Assembly (NCBI GenBank): GCA_963666835.2
Contig: CAXXGO010000003.1
Coordinates: 512,001-576,000 of the forward strand
Source: Phycisphaerae bacterium
Lineage (GTDB): Bacteria > Planctomycetota > Phycisphaerae > UBA1845
Reading direction: 5' to 3'
DNA length: 64,000 nt
Positions within the stretch are counted from its first letter, which is position 1. Every line of letters begins with the position of its first letter. The position numbers were made by a program, and so were the translations under genes. Of this stretch, positions 10,532 through 20,600 are shown piece after piece. The notes beneath the pieces were generated by a model, which saw nothing but the letters and a program-made list of their open reading frames with translations, did no database searches and was not told the origin of the DNA.

Positions 10532-12916
10532 GTGGGTGTTTATTTTCGCTTCATCACATCTCGACCAATCCCCATACTTGTCATCATGGGAACCTTGGGA
10601 CTCGTTTCGAGCGCGTTCATCCTCCGTTTGAACCGTGAAACCAGCCCCGATGCTTTCATTCCGCAGAATCACCCGGCCCTGGCATTGAAGGAGAGTGTCG
10701 ACCAGCAGTTCGGACTGCGCGAACCGATCGCGATCGGGATCATCCGCGCGGAAGCAGACGGTGTTTTCAACCCCGACACTTTGAGGTTGATACGGAATCT
10801 GACGGAAGCAGTCCGGGCGCTTCCCGGGGTCCACTCCGGTGACGTCCTCAGTATCGCCACCGAGTACGGCGTCTACTTCGAGGATCGTGAACCCGGGTTC
10901 GACCGTCTCCTGCGAGAAATCCCCACGGACCACGCCGGATTGAATACCCTGCGCGAGGACATCCTAGGCTACGAGCTGTACCGCGGCACCTTGGTCGCCG
11001 AGGACGGCACCGCCGCGTGCGTCCTCCTTCGGCCGCAGGACGAAGCCCACGCGGACGCAAGGTACAAGGATCTGGTCCGTCTACTTGCGACGCCGGCGAT
11101 CTCTAAACAGACCTTACGTGGTGAGCAATTGGTCGTCGCCGGCGAAGCGGCCGTCCGCGCCTATATGGGGGCGGCGGTCTCCGACGACGCGTTGCGCATG
11201 AACTTCGTTTGCCCCGTCGTGATGGCCTTGCTGATCGTACTGGCGTATCGAACGGTTCGGGGTACCGTCCTCCCGCTGTGCGTGGTCGGCGGAGCCTCAG
11301 GCGCGGCTCTCGGTCTGATGGGCGCGACCGGGGTCCCCATCTATATCGTCACGAACGGTATTTTTGTCATCATCATGGCACTCGGAGTGGCCGACTCTTT
11401 GCACCTGCTGGGGCAGTACTACGAGGAACAGTTGGACTTGCGCGGGCGTAATCGCCGGCAAGTGGTTGTCGATGCCTGTCTCGCCCTGTGGTTCCCGTTA
11501 CTGGTCACGTCTCTGACCGACGTGGCTGGTTTCTTCGCACTCTATCTTGTGGGCGAGATGCCGCCGATCAGGTATTTCGGCCTCTTCACATGCGTAGGAG
11601 TGCTCGGTGCCCTGGCGTTTTCTTACACGGTCGTGCCGGCCGGTTTGGCGGTCCTTCCTCTCCGAACAAGCAACGCGTTCCTGCGAAGAAAAGCCGACGC
11701 AAACTCAACGGGCGGCCTGGACCCCACAAAGTCACTACTAGGCCGAGCCGGAGCATTGATATACGAGCGTCGCCGCGTCGTGCTTCTCACGGGCGCTGCC
11801 GTAACAGCCTTAGCCGGATGGGGAGCATCTCGCCTGATCGTCAACGACGCACGTATTCTGGCCTTCAAGAAACACCATCCGATTGTGAAGGCTACGAATG
11901 TCCTCAACGCCCGGTTCGACGGCACCGGACAGCTCAACATAGTCGTCACGGCCTCGGAGCAAGGGGCTATGCTCCGAAGTGACGTGCTCCGCAGAATCGA
12001 AGCTCTGGAGGCGTTTTCCGAGACGCTCCCTTTCGTCGGTGGAACACATTCTCTTGCCGGCTGGATTAAGCGCGCCCACCAGAAGATGAACGATGACGCC
12101 CCCGACTATTACGCGATCCCCGACGACCCGTTCGAAACGCAGTTCTATGTGGACGTCCTGGCCGACAAGAGAACCTCTCCTATGGCCCACCTGCTTCGCG
12201 AGGTCGTCGACGACACGTACACCCACGCGAACCTGATAGTCCGCATGAAGAGCAGCGAGTTCATTCACCAGCGCGACGTCATTCGCCAACTCGGTCAATA
12301 TCTGACCGACAGCTTCAACGACGAACTCCTGCACGCCGAGCTATCGGGGCGAGCCCACCTGGACTATCACTGGATGCGCATGATCCGGTCGAGCCATCTC
12401 CATAGCGTCGGTTTCTCGATCGGCTGTGTCCTGTTGTTAACCGGGCTGATGTTCCGCTCGGTCTTTGCCGGATTGCTTTGCACGGCAACGGTCGCCTTGG
12501 CCGTGCTGGTCAACTACGCCATCATGGGTTTTGCCGAGATCCCGCTTGGCGTCGGAACGTCCATGTTTGCCAGCATCGCCATCGGCGCAGGTGTGAACTT
12601 CCCGATCCACATTCTCGACCGCTTGCGCCATGCCTTGAACGCAACGGGGGCTGATCCAGCCCGGGTATTCTCGACGACCTTCGCTTTCACCGGGCGAGCC
12701 CTGTTCTTCACTGCCTTTGTAGTGGCAATCGGCTTCCTTCTGCTCTGCGTCTCGGAATTTCGCACTCTCATCCGCTTCGGTCTGCTGATCGGGGTAGCCA
12801 TGGTCGTCGGATTCCTGGCCAGCGTAACCGTGCTGCCCGCTGCGGTGGCCCTGTTGCGCCCCCGATTCATCTGGGGCGCTCGCCCAGACTCGTCTCCTCC
12901 GGAGAACAACACCTGA
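10532..12916 (+). CDS. MMPL/RND-superfamily transporter
   Basis: Two repeats of TM + periplasmic loop + 5 TM; ALGVADSLH, TSLTDVAGF, GAGVNFPIH, TGRALFFTA motifs. Confidence 0.9.
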   Translation: MGVYFRFITSRPIPILVIMGTLGLVSSAFILRLNRETSPDAFIPQNHPALALKESVDQQFGLREPIAIGIIRAEADGVFNPDTLRLIRNLTEAVRALPGVHSGDVLSIATEYGVYFEDREPGFDRLLREIPTDHAGLNTLREDILGYELYRGTLVAEDGTAACVLLRPQDEAHADARYKDLVRLLATPAISKQTLRGEQLVVAGEAAVRAYMGAAVSDDALRMNFVCPVVMALLIVLAYRTVRGTVLPLCVVGGASGAALGLMGATGVPIYIVTNGIFVIIMALGVADSLHLLGQYYEEQLDLRGRNRRQVVVDACLALWFPLLVTSLTDVAGFFALYLVGEMPPIRYFGLFTCVGVLGALAFSYTVVPAGLAVLPLRTSNAFLRRKADANSTGGLDPTKSLLGRAGALIYERRRVVLLTGAAVTALAGWGASRLIVNDARILAFKKHHPIVKATNVLNARFDGTGQLNIVVTASEQGAMLRSDVLRRIEALEAFSETLPFVGGTHSLAGWIKRAHQKMNDDAPDYYAIPDDPFETQFYVDVLADKRTSPMAHLLREVVDDTYTHANLIVRMKSSEFIHQRDVIRQLGQYLTDSFNDELLHAELSGRAHLDYHWMRMIRSSHLHSVGFSIGCVLLLTGLMFRSVFAGLLCTATVALAVLVNYAIMGFAEIPLGVGTSMFASIAIGAGVNFPIHILDRLRHALNATGADPARVFSTTFAFTGRALFFTAFVVAIGFLLLCVSEFRTLIRFGLLIGVAMVVGFLASVTVLPAAVALLRPRFIWGARPDSSPPENNT

Positions 12917-13035
12917 ACATGGACCCAGGCGATTGCCGTTCTCACTGGAACTCGTGACGGAACGCGGTCTGTGCGAATCTGACCGGCGTGCTCCCGCTCC
13001 GGTCCAGCCCGTCCTTTTGCAGAACACCTCGACGA

Positions 13036-13695
13036 TTACCCGTCGGCAATCTCGATGAACTGACTGACTGACAGGTCCGCTAGTTGGGCCACGACGAGGT
13101 CCGCGTCCCGCAGGGCATCGCGGGAGTGGTACATCAGAATGGCTATTACGTGGGCCCCCGCCGCGCGCGCCGCGGCGACTCCGACGGGCGCATCCTCAAC
13201 AACCACGCATCGCGATGGTGCCAACTCCAGCGCCTCACACGCCAACGTAAACACCTGCGGGTCCGGCTTACCCCGAGTAACATTGTCGCCACTGACGATC
13301 TTCGCGATCATGCTGCGTACACCCATCGCCTCGAGCACAAGTTCGATGTTCGCCAGCGGACCGGACGATCCGACGGCCAAAGCTACGCCGGCCTCGAAAA
13401 GGCCCCTAATCAGTTCCGGAGCTCCCGAGACAATCGGAGCATCCGCACGAATCAGATCGCGGTACAGTTCCTCCTTGCGCGCCGCCAGTTCGCAGACTTC
13501 GCTCGGCGTGGTGTTCCCAAAGATCTTCGGGATGATGTCATTATTGTGCTGGCCGAACGTCTCGGAGAACTGCGCCTCAGTAACGACGGTGTTGTTCTCC
13601 TTCGCCAGCAACTGCCAGCTTCTGAAATGCGGTGCGGCCGAGTCGACCAGCACGCCATCCATGTCAAATACCGCTCCGACCCTCTTGATGTCCAT
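13036..13695 (-). CDS. HAD-family phosphatase (beta-phosphoglucomutase-like)
   Basis: VFDMDGVLVDS motif I, GSSG motif II, GKPDP motif III, VVVEDAPVGV motif IV. Confidence 0.92.
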   Translation of the reverse strand: MDIKRVGAVFDMDGVLVDSAAPHFRSWQLLAKENNTVVTEAQFSETFGQHNNDIIPKIFGNTTPSEVCELAARKEELYRDLIRADAPIVSGAPELIRGLFEAGVALAVGSSGPLANIELVLEAMGVRSMIAKIVSGDNVTRGKPDPQVFTLACEALELAPSRCVVVEDAPVGVAAARAAGAHVIAILMYHSRDALRDADLVVAQLADLSVSQFIEIADG

Positions 13696-14127
13696 GTCAT
13701 GAAACGCCTGTGTCCTGGGCTGCACAATCCCCGCCGCCGGGCGGTACACTCGGACCGCGTGCACCGCAGCCTCGAATCCCGAAAACTCGATACTACCTCA
13801 CGAGGAACACCTTCGCACCCGTAGCGACTTCTGCCGTTCCGGCCCAGAACCGCCCCGCCGGAAACGTGGCAGGTGTCCGCGAACCCGGCCTCGCCGAACG
13901 TTGTTGGCGGTTTGTCGCAGCCCCAATCTCGAATGACCCCATCTCTCAGGCTTTCTTTCTTGCGTCGTTGCCGTTATACAGCCATAGACAAGTTGGCAGA
14001 CCGTACAGGAAGCTTCCCCGGCTGGGCGCGCTGGAGTCTGCCCCCGCCGGGAATCGGTCCTGAAGAGGTACCGGCCGCCGAAGCGGGCGGCTTGGACGAT
14101 AGCGTAACAAGGCTAGAATCACCGGAA

Positions 14128-16251
14128 ATGGGTGTAGGCAACAGACCTTTGGCAGCGAATCGCCGACCTCGCGGAGCGGTTACCACTTTCTGGCTCCAGG
14201 CGGAACTGGTCGCCGTAGTCATAGCCTCCTTCTGCTACTGTAATACGCTGATTAACGATTTCTGTGATGATGGCGTCCCGATTGTAAAGAACAACAGGAA
14301 AGTAAACGATCCAAACCAGTGGCTCGCCATCTGGACGACCGACTACTGGTCCGACACCAAGGACGCAACGCCCAATCGCGACCTCCTGCACCGTCCCGTC
14401 GCCCTCTCCTCGTATCGATTGGTGCGAATAATAGCGGGCACGGACCCTTTCCCCCACCTTCTCGTCAACGTTCTCCTGCACGCCATCAACAGCGCGCTGG
14501 TTGCCAGAATGTGCCGGCACATGCGTGGTTCAGAGGCCTCGGCTATGGTGGCCGGAGCGGTCTTTGCTACGCTGCCGATCCACACCGAAGTAATCAACAA
14601 CGTAGTGGGACGCGCCGACCTTCTGGTGGCGTTTGGAGTGCTGGCCGCTCTTCTGGCCCACCGCCGTTCGATGATCGCCACGACCTCCGGGGCTATCGTG
14701 CGGTGGCGGATACTCTCCGCCCTGGCAGCTTTCGTGGCTATGGGGTCCAAAGAGAACGGCGCCGCGGTCATACCGCTGATCGTCCTGCTCGACGGCTACT
14801 GGTATCAACCGTGGCGCGCCGCCAGTCGCGATCGGGCCTGGTGGAGCATCCGCTCACTCCTCCGGTTCACGTACCTCCTCATCCCGGCCGCCGTCTATTT
14901 AGGGCTGCGTTACTATGCCCTCGAAGGCGCCTTTCACCAGAAGCCCGCCCTGACCAAGACCGTAAACGTGCTGGTAGACGCCCCGCTGTGGCAACACCTT
15001 CTCGGCGTGATACAGCTCTGGGGAATGTACTGGGCCAAGACGTTCTGGCCTCAGGTGCTCTGCGTCAACTACTCGGTCAATACGATTCACCTCGCCACCG
15101 ACGTTTCGGATCCTCACGTGCTGATCGGGATCGTGATAACAGGTGGTCTATTGATCGCGTCGATTGTCGCTTGGCGGAAGAAGCGCCGGAGTGTCGCCTA
15201 CCTTTTCGGGGCAACGCTTCTTTCCTATGCCCTAACGTCCAATGCGTGGATTCTGATTCAGGTCTTCTTCGCCGAGCGCATCTGGTACCTGCCGTCGATC
15301 TGGATCGCGATTCTCGCCGCTCTTGCGGTCCTGAGAGTGGATTGGCGCCCGGTGTGGTGCCTCGTGGGTGCTGCCGTTGTTTTCGCGATGACCGAACGAT
15401 GTTGGACGCGCAATGCCGAGTGGAAAGACAATGAGACGCTTTACGCTTCAACGTACGAAGTCCACCGGCGCGCGGTGGGCGCTCTGCGTCTGTACGGTCA
15501 GACCCTGGTGGAGCAGGGTCGCCTTGCAGAGGGGATTAGCTTGCTCAAACAAGCACTCGACATTGATCTGGGCTTTACCGACGCTCATCGGTCACTTGGA
15601 CATGCGTACCTGCTGGCGCGGGATTACCAATCTGCTCTACGGCATCTTCAAATCGCAAACATGCAGGTGCCTGACCACCCCCCCACTGAACAGGCCCTCG
15701 CCTTTGTAAGCCAGAAGCTCTCGGAAAGAGATGAAACCGAACTGCAACGAATCCGGGCCGAAGCCGATGCTCACGAAGGCGATCCGGAGGCGGAGGCTGC
15801 CTTGGTCCGCATCCTCCGCGATCTTGCCCGGACGGACGAAGCGCTTGCCCGGCTCCAAGCTCACAATGGGCAGTTCGACGACAGCTTCTCATGGATGTAC
15901 GAGTACGCTGTGACTCTCGTCTATCTAAACGAGCGCGATCAGGCAATTGATCGGTATCGGCGATGCGCCGCCCTTGCCCCCGACGACGCCGACGTGATCG
16001 TGGAGTTGGCCATGTTGCTTTTTGAGCGCAGGGAGAACGACGATCTTGCCGAAGCCGAGCAGCTCGTTGACCGCGCTTCCGAGATGGCCCCCGGCGCCCC
16101 AACCGTGCTGGTATGCCGCGCCGAACTCGTCGCCTTGCAGGGCGATCTCGCTACTGCGGGCGAGCTTTACCGCCGGGCAATCGAAGCTCTGCCGCCGGGA
16201 AGTAACCAACGCCGGGTCTATCAGGAACGTGCCTCAGTACTCGGACATTAG
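14128..16251 (+). CDS. TMTC-like GT-C membrane glycosyltransferase with TPR repeats
   Basis: NDFCDDG acidic loop, HRPV, NVLLH, PIHTEVINNVVGRADL, SKENG, FAERIWYLP, RNAEWKD, then TPRs; start uncertain (ORF open from 13873). Confidence 0.85.
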   Translation: MGVGNRPLAANRRPRGAVTTFWLQAELVAVVIASFCYCNTLINDFCDDGVPIVKNNRKVNDPNQWLAIWTTDYWSDTKDATPNRDLLHRPVALSSYRLVRIIAGTDPFPHLLVNVLLHAINSALVARMCRHMRGSEASAMVAGAVFATLPIHTEVINNVVGRADLLVAFGVLAALLAHRRSMIATTSGAIVRWRILSALAAFVAMGSKENGAAVIPLIVLLDGYWYQPWRAASRDRAWWSIRSLLRFTYLLIPAAVYLGLRYYALEGAFHQKPALTKTVNVLVDAPLWQHLLGVIQLWGMYWAKTFWPQVLCVNYSVNTIHLATDVSDPHVLIGIVITGGLLIASIVAWRKKRRSVAYLFGATLLSYALTSNAWILIQVFFAERIWYLPSIWIAILAALAVLRVDWRPVWCLVGAAVVFAMTERCWTRNAEWKDNETLYASTYEVHRRAVGALRLYGQTLVEQGRLAEGISLLKQALDIDLGFTDAHRSLGHAYLLARDYQSALRHLQIANMQVPDHPPTEQALAFVSQKLSERDETELQRIRAEADAHEGDPEAEAALVRILRDLARTDEALARLQAHNGQFDDSFSWMYEYAVTLVYLNERDQAIDRYRRCAALAPDDADVIVELAMLLFERRENDDLAEAEQLVDRASEMAPGAPTVLVCRAELVALQGDLATAGELYRRAIEALPPGSNQRRVYQERASVLGH

Positions 16252-16313
16252 ACCCATTAGCCCGACAGACGGATACGCAAGGCCGCGTTTGAGAGTCCAT
16301 CAGGCAACGTAGC

Positions 16314-17384
16314 ATGCTCGCCACCGGCAAAAGTACCGGCCAAGGTCCTCACCAAACGCCCCTTATCGCGGTGCGAAACCTCACCAAACGTTTCTCCATT
16401 CGCCGAGGAGCGAGCAGCCGAGTCATCGGCACGCGGCTGGCGGTTGACGGGGTCGACTTCGACATTCCCCGCGGTACAACCCTTGCTCTTGTGGGCGAGA
16501 GCGGGTGCGGAAAGACGACGGTCGCCCGCACAATCATACGTCTGATCTCGCCAACCCGCGGCTCGGTCAAGCACGACGGGATCGATGTCCACGCTACATC
16601 CGGCGCACGGTTACGCCGTCTCCGCCGGAGCATGCAGATGGTCTTTCAAGACCCCTACGGCAGCCTCAATCCCCGGATAACCGTAGGGCGGACGGTCACC
16701 GAGCCATTGTGGATCCGTGGAGAGGTCTCTTCGAGAACGTCCGCGGACCGCGCCGCCGAGCTGCTCGACTTCGTGGGGCTGGAGCCCGGATATATCGATC
16801 GATACCCGCACGAGTTATCCGGGGGACAGCGTCAAAGGGTTGGCATTGCCCGAGCAATCGCGACGGAACCGGATTTCATTATCTGTGACGAACCGGTCAG
16901 TGCCCTTGATGTGTCCGTGCAGTCGCAAGTACTCAACCTGCTTACCGATCTGAAGCGTCGCCGCGAACTCACTTATCTGTTCATCACTCACAACCTGGCC
17001 GTGGTCAGACATGTCAGCGACATCGTCGCCGTTATGTACCAAGGCCGGATCGTCGAAACCGGCAGCACGTCCGCAATCTGCGAGACCCCGCGCCATCCCT
17101 ACACCGAGGCTCTCCTGGCCGCCGTCCTGCAACCCTGGTCCGATAGACGAACCTTCCGTACGGCCGGCCCTGGCAACGTCGTCGGCAACTCGGTCTCGCC
17201 GGCGGGATGCCCGTTCCACCCCCGTTGTCAATCGGCCACGGACGAGTGCCGTCAACTGTCACCGCCACTTCAGACAATCTCAAACGAAGCCCCACCGCAC
17301 ACGGTTGTCTGCTATCATCCCACCTTGGACCACGCCCAAGACTCGGATCGTCCGGTAACTTGCGATGGTGCGGCCGCAACCTGA
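16314..17384 (+). CDS. Oligopeptide/dipeptide ABC transporter ATP-binding subunit (OppF/DppF-type)
   Basis: GESGCGKTT, QMVFQDPYGSLNPR, LSGGQRQR, CDEPVSALD, HPYTEALL, GCPFHPRC C-terminal Cys cluster. Confidence 0.93.
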   Translation: MLATGKSTGQGPHQTPLIAVRNLTKRFSIRRGASSRVIGTRLAVDGVDFDIPRGTTLALVGESGCGKTTVARTIIRLISPTRGSVKHDGIDVHATSGARLRRLRRSMQMVFQDPYGSLNPRITVGRTVTEPLWIRGEVSSRTSADRAAELLDFVGLEPGYIDRYPHELSGGQRQRVGIARAIATEPDFIICDEPVSALDVSVQSQVLNLLTDLKRRRELTYLFITHNLAVVRHVSDIVAVMYQGRIVETGSTSAICETPRHPYTEALLAAVLQPWSDRRTFRTAGPGNVVGNSVSPAGCPFHPRCQSATDECRQLSPPLQTISNEAPPHTVVCYHPTLDHAQDSDRPVTCDGAAAT

Positions 17385-17459
17385 AATCGCAGCGGAATAA
17401 ACACAGCGTCAGCATGGCTGAAACGGGAACCCCCGCGACCATCGCGCGGCAGACGCATA

Positions 17460-17488
17460 TTGGACGTATCCGGACGGTTCGCTATAAT
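17460..17488 (+). promoter_or_regulatory. Putative sigma70 promoter of the multiheme cytochrome gene
   Basis: TTGGAC-17 nt-TATAAT about 130 nt upstream of ATG 17616. Confidence 0.5.
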
Positions 17489-17615
17489 ATCGACTCAACT
17501 GGAGTTTGAGTTCCCCCGCCCATGACGGGGCTTCGGAGGGGGAACAGGAGGCACTCATTTTCGCGGTGTTCCTCCAACCGGGCAACTAGGCCGACTCCGG
17601 GCTGGGGAGAGTAGC

Positions 17616-20600
17616 ATGTTAAGGTTCTGCGCCAAATATGTCGTTCTGATGTCACTCGTCGCCATTGGTACGCCCGTCGCGACCGGCACACCCGCCGTGG
17701 ACGACCAGTGGGATTTCGATGTTAATGGTTACGTCGATTTGACGGACTTTCGTTTCTTTGAGGAGTGTTTTGCGGTATCGGGGGTTCGGGACGAGATACC
17801 GCCGGTTTGTTTAGCGTTGTTTGACGCGGACCGCGACGGGGACGTCGACTTTGCCGACTTCGCCGGGTTTCAAAACGCCCGGGGGCATACGCCGATTCCC
17901 CTCAAGGACAGCCTCGGCAGCGCCATTACGATCAACTCCTCCGTGCCGTACAGCCCCCGCCAGACTTGCGGGGACTGCCACGACCATGACGCCGACGAAG
18001 TAGCCAACGGCGAGTGGTTCCAGCAAGGCAGAACCGACTTGGCCGGCAACGTCGATATGGCCGACGACTACTACGGAGACGGAAGATACTGGATCAAGAG
18101 CGCCGGCCGGTACGGCAAGTGGGGCCAGTCCTTCCAGTTCATGCTCGCCGCCAAGGACAACCACCGCGCTTCCGACATCGACCAGTCCGCCTACGCCTGG
18201 GTCCGCGACTGCAGCGGATGCCACTCCGGAGGCGGGCCGGGCGAGTTCGATCGCGACAACCAGCCCTTCTACGACGAAGCCTCCGGGCAGTTCGGATATG
18301 AGCTGCTCGGCTACAGCGCCGGCGATGTAACCCTCGACGGCGACTACTGCGTACTCGACAGAACCAGCGGCACGGTCAGCCCCGCACCCTGGGACGAAAC
18401 GGGACTCTCCGAGCCCGACTGCCTTTTGTGCCACCGGGCGGACCGCACCAACGGCGGATCCGACACGATCCAGGCCAACCGCAGCAACACCCTCGCGGCC
18501 GGCAACAGCCTCACCGACGGCGGCGGAGCTCCGGTCCCCGCGTTTGCCGCCGCCTCGACCGCCGGGCAGGGCTGGTATTCCAGTTTCAGCAAGCCCGCCT
18601 CCGCAATCGCCGCGACCGAAGGAATGACCACCGCGGACGTAGCGTTTCTCGAAGCCCACGATCAGAGCCGCGGGGGCATAGCCGCCGCGTCCACTCTGGA
18701 CATCAACTATAACACCGGCGTAACCGACGGCAGCCTGACCGTCGGCAACAACGACGAGGTCTTCCTCTCGCCGGACTCCGTATCCCTCAAAACCGCCGAT
18801 CGGGCCTGCGTTAGTTGTCACCCCTTGGCCGTGGTCGCCGGCGAAGTCTGGTTCGACGATCGTGACATCCACTACCGCAAGTTCAACAACCTCAACGACG
18901 AGGACCCTGACAACGACATCCCGGCGGAGCGGAGCACCGTCTGCTCCGAGTGCCATCCGACCGGCTTGGACCACAATGCGGCCAAGGGCAACTCCTTCCA
19001 GCTCCAGTATCGTAACGAGCTGGACTGGGAGAACTTCCGCTCCTGTCGCGATTGCCACCTGACCGACAGTCCGGTCCGTCATCCGGACGCCCCACACGTG
19101 CCCGGCACGCAGACGATCCACAACGTGCCTCCGTTCGATATTCTCTCGTGCCAGGCCTGCCACATACCTTACGCCCTGACCGCCGGTCTGCTCTTCCGCG
19201 ACATCACCGTTCCCGGCAGCGTCGGCTGGACCCACCAGTATTACTCCGAGAACCCGCTGGATCCGACGCTCGAAGACAGCGACAGCCGCTGGTATCCGCC
19301 CCTGCAGCTCAAAGAGGACAGCGACGGCGTGAAGCGGTGGTTCCCGGCCAGCGTATGGATCATGTTCTACTTCGGTGACTGGGACGATAACGGTACTCCG
19401 GGCGATCTGAGCGACGACGTAATCGCACCGATCTACACCTGGCGAACCGCCCAGGCGACGGCGAACGTCCCGGCCGGAGTACTCCAGGACGACGACGGCG
19501 ACGGACGCGGAGAGATCAATACTCCGGCGGAGATTCTGGCTTATCTTACCGCTCTCCGCGGCAACGACTCCAACGGCGTACCGTTCGCGGCGAACCCGGT
19601 TCTGGTTCGCGGACCGCGGGTCTTCTACGAAGACCCGGCCAATCCCGGCACGGTGCTCTCGTTCGAGCATGAAGGGACCGGCATCCCAATGACGTCCTAC
19701 CCCTATATCTGGGGCATGGACCACAACGTACTTCCTCAGGAAGAAGCTTGGGGCCACGCTGCCGATCCGTTCGCCGGATGTCTGGACTGCCACCCGGCCG
19801 ACGGCGAGCTCTCCCCGGTCTTCGATCGCCTCATCCTCGTCGATCCGTTGGATGAGCACGGTCAGACGATCTACAAAACCGTCAAGGAACTCACCGACCT
19901 CAATCCTCACCCGCAAATGGTCCTCAAGGACTCTTTGGGGAACCCGATCACGGTCGACTCGACGGTGCCTTACAGCCCGCGGCAGACCTGCGGCGGCTGC
20001 CATGACCACGAGGCCGACGAGGTAGCCAACGGCGAGTGGTTCCAGCAAGGTCGCACAGATGTAGACGGCAACGTCGACATGGCCGACGACTACTACGGCG
20101 ACGGGCGGTATTGGACTAAGAGTTCCGGCCGGTACGGTCAGTGGGGTCAGACGTTCCAGTTCATGCTGGCCGCCAAGGACAACACCCGTCCGTCCGACAT
20201 TGACCAGTCGACCTTCGCGTGGATCCGCGATTGCAGCGGCTGTCACGCCGGCGGCGGTCCGGGCGAGTTCGATCGTGACGATCAGCTCCTCTACAACGAA
20301 ATCACCGGCGAGTTCGGTTACGAGCTTTTGGGCAAAAGCGCCGGCGACGTCGCCCTCGACGGGGACTATTGCGTAGTGGACGGCTCTACGGGGCAAGCCA
20401 GTCTCGCCCCCTGGGACGAGACCGGTCTCTCCGAGCCCGACTGCCTCTTGTGCCACCGCGAGGACCGCGACAACGGCGGCTCCGATACGATCCAGGCCAA
20501 ACGCAGTAATACCCTCGCGGCCGCCAACAACCTGGTCAACGGTGCGGGCGAACCGGTTCCGGGCTTCGCCGCGGCACCTACCGCCGGGCAGGGCTGGTAC

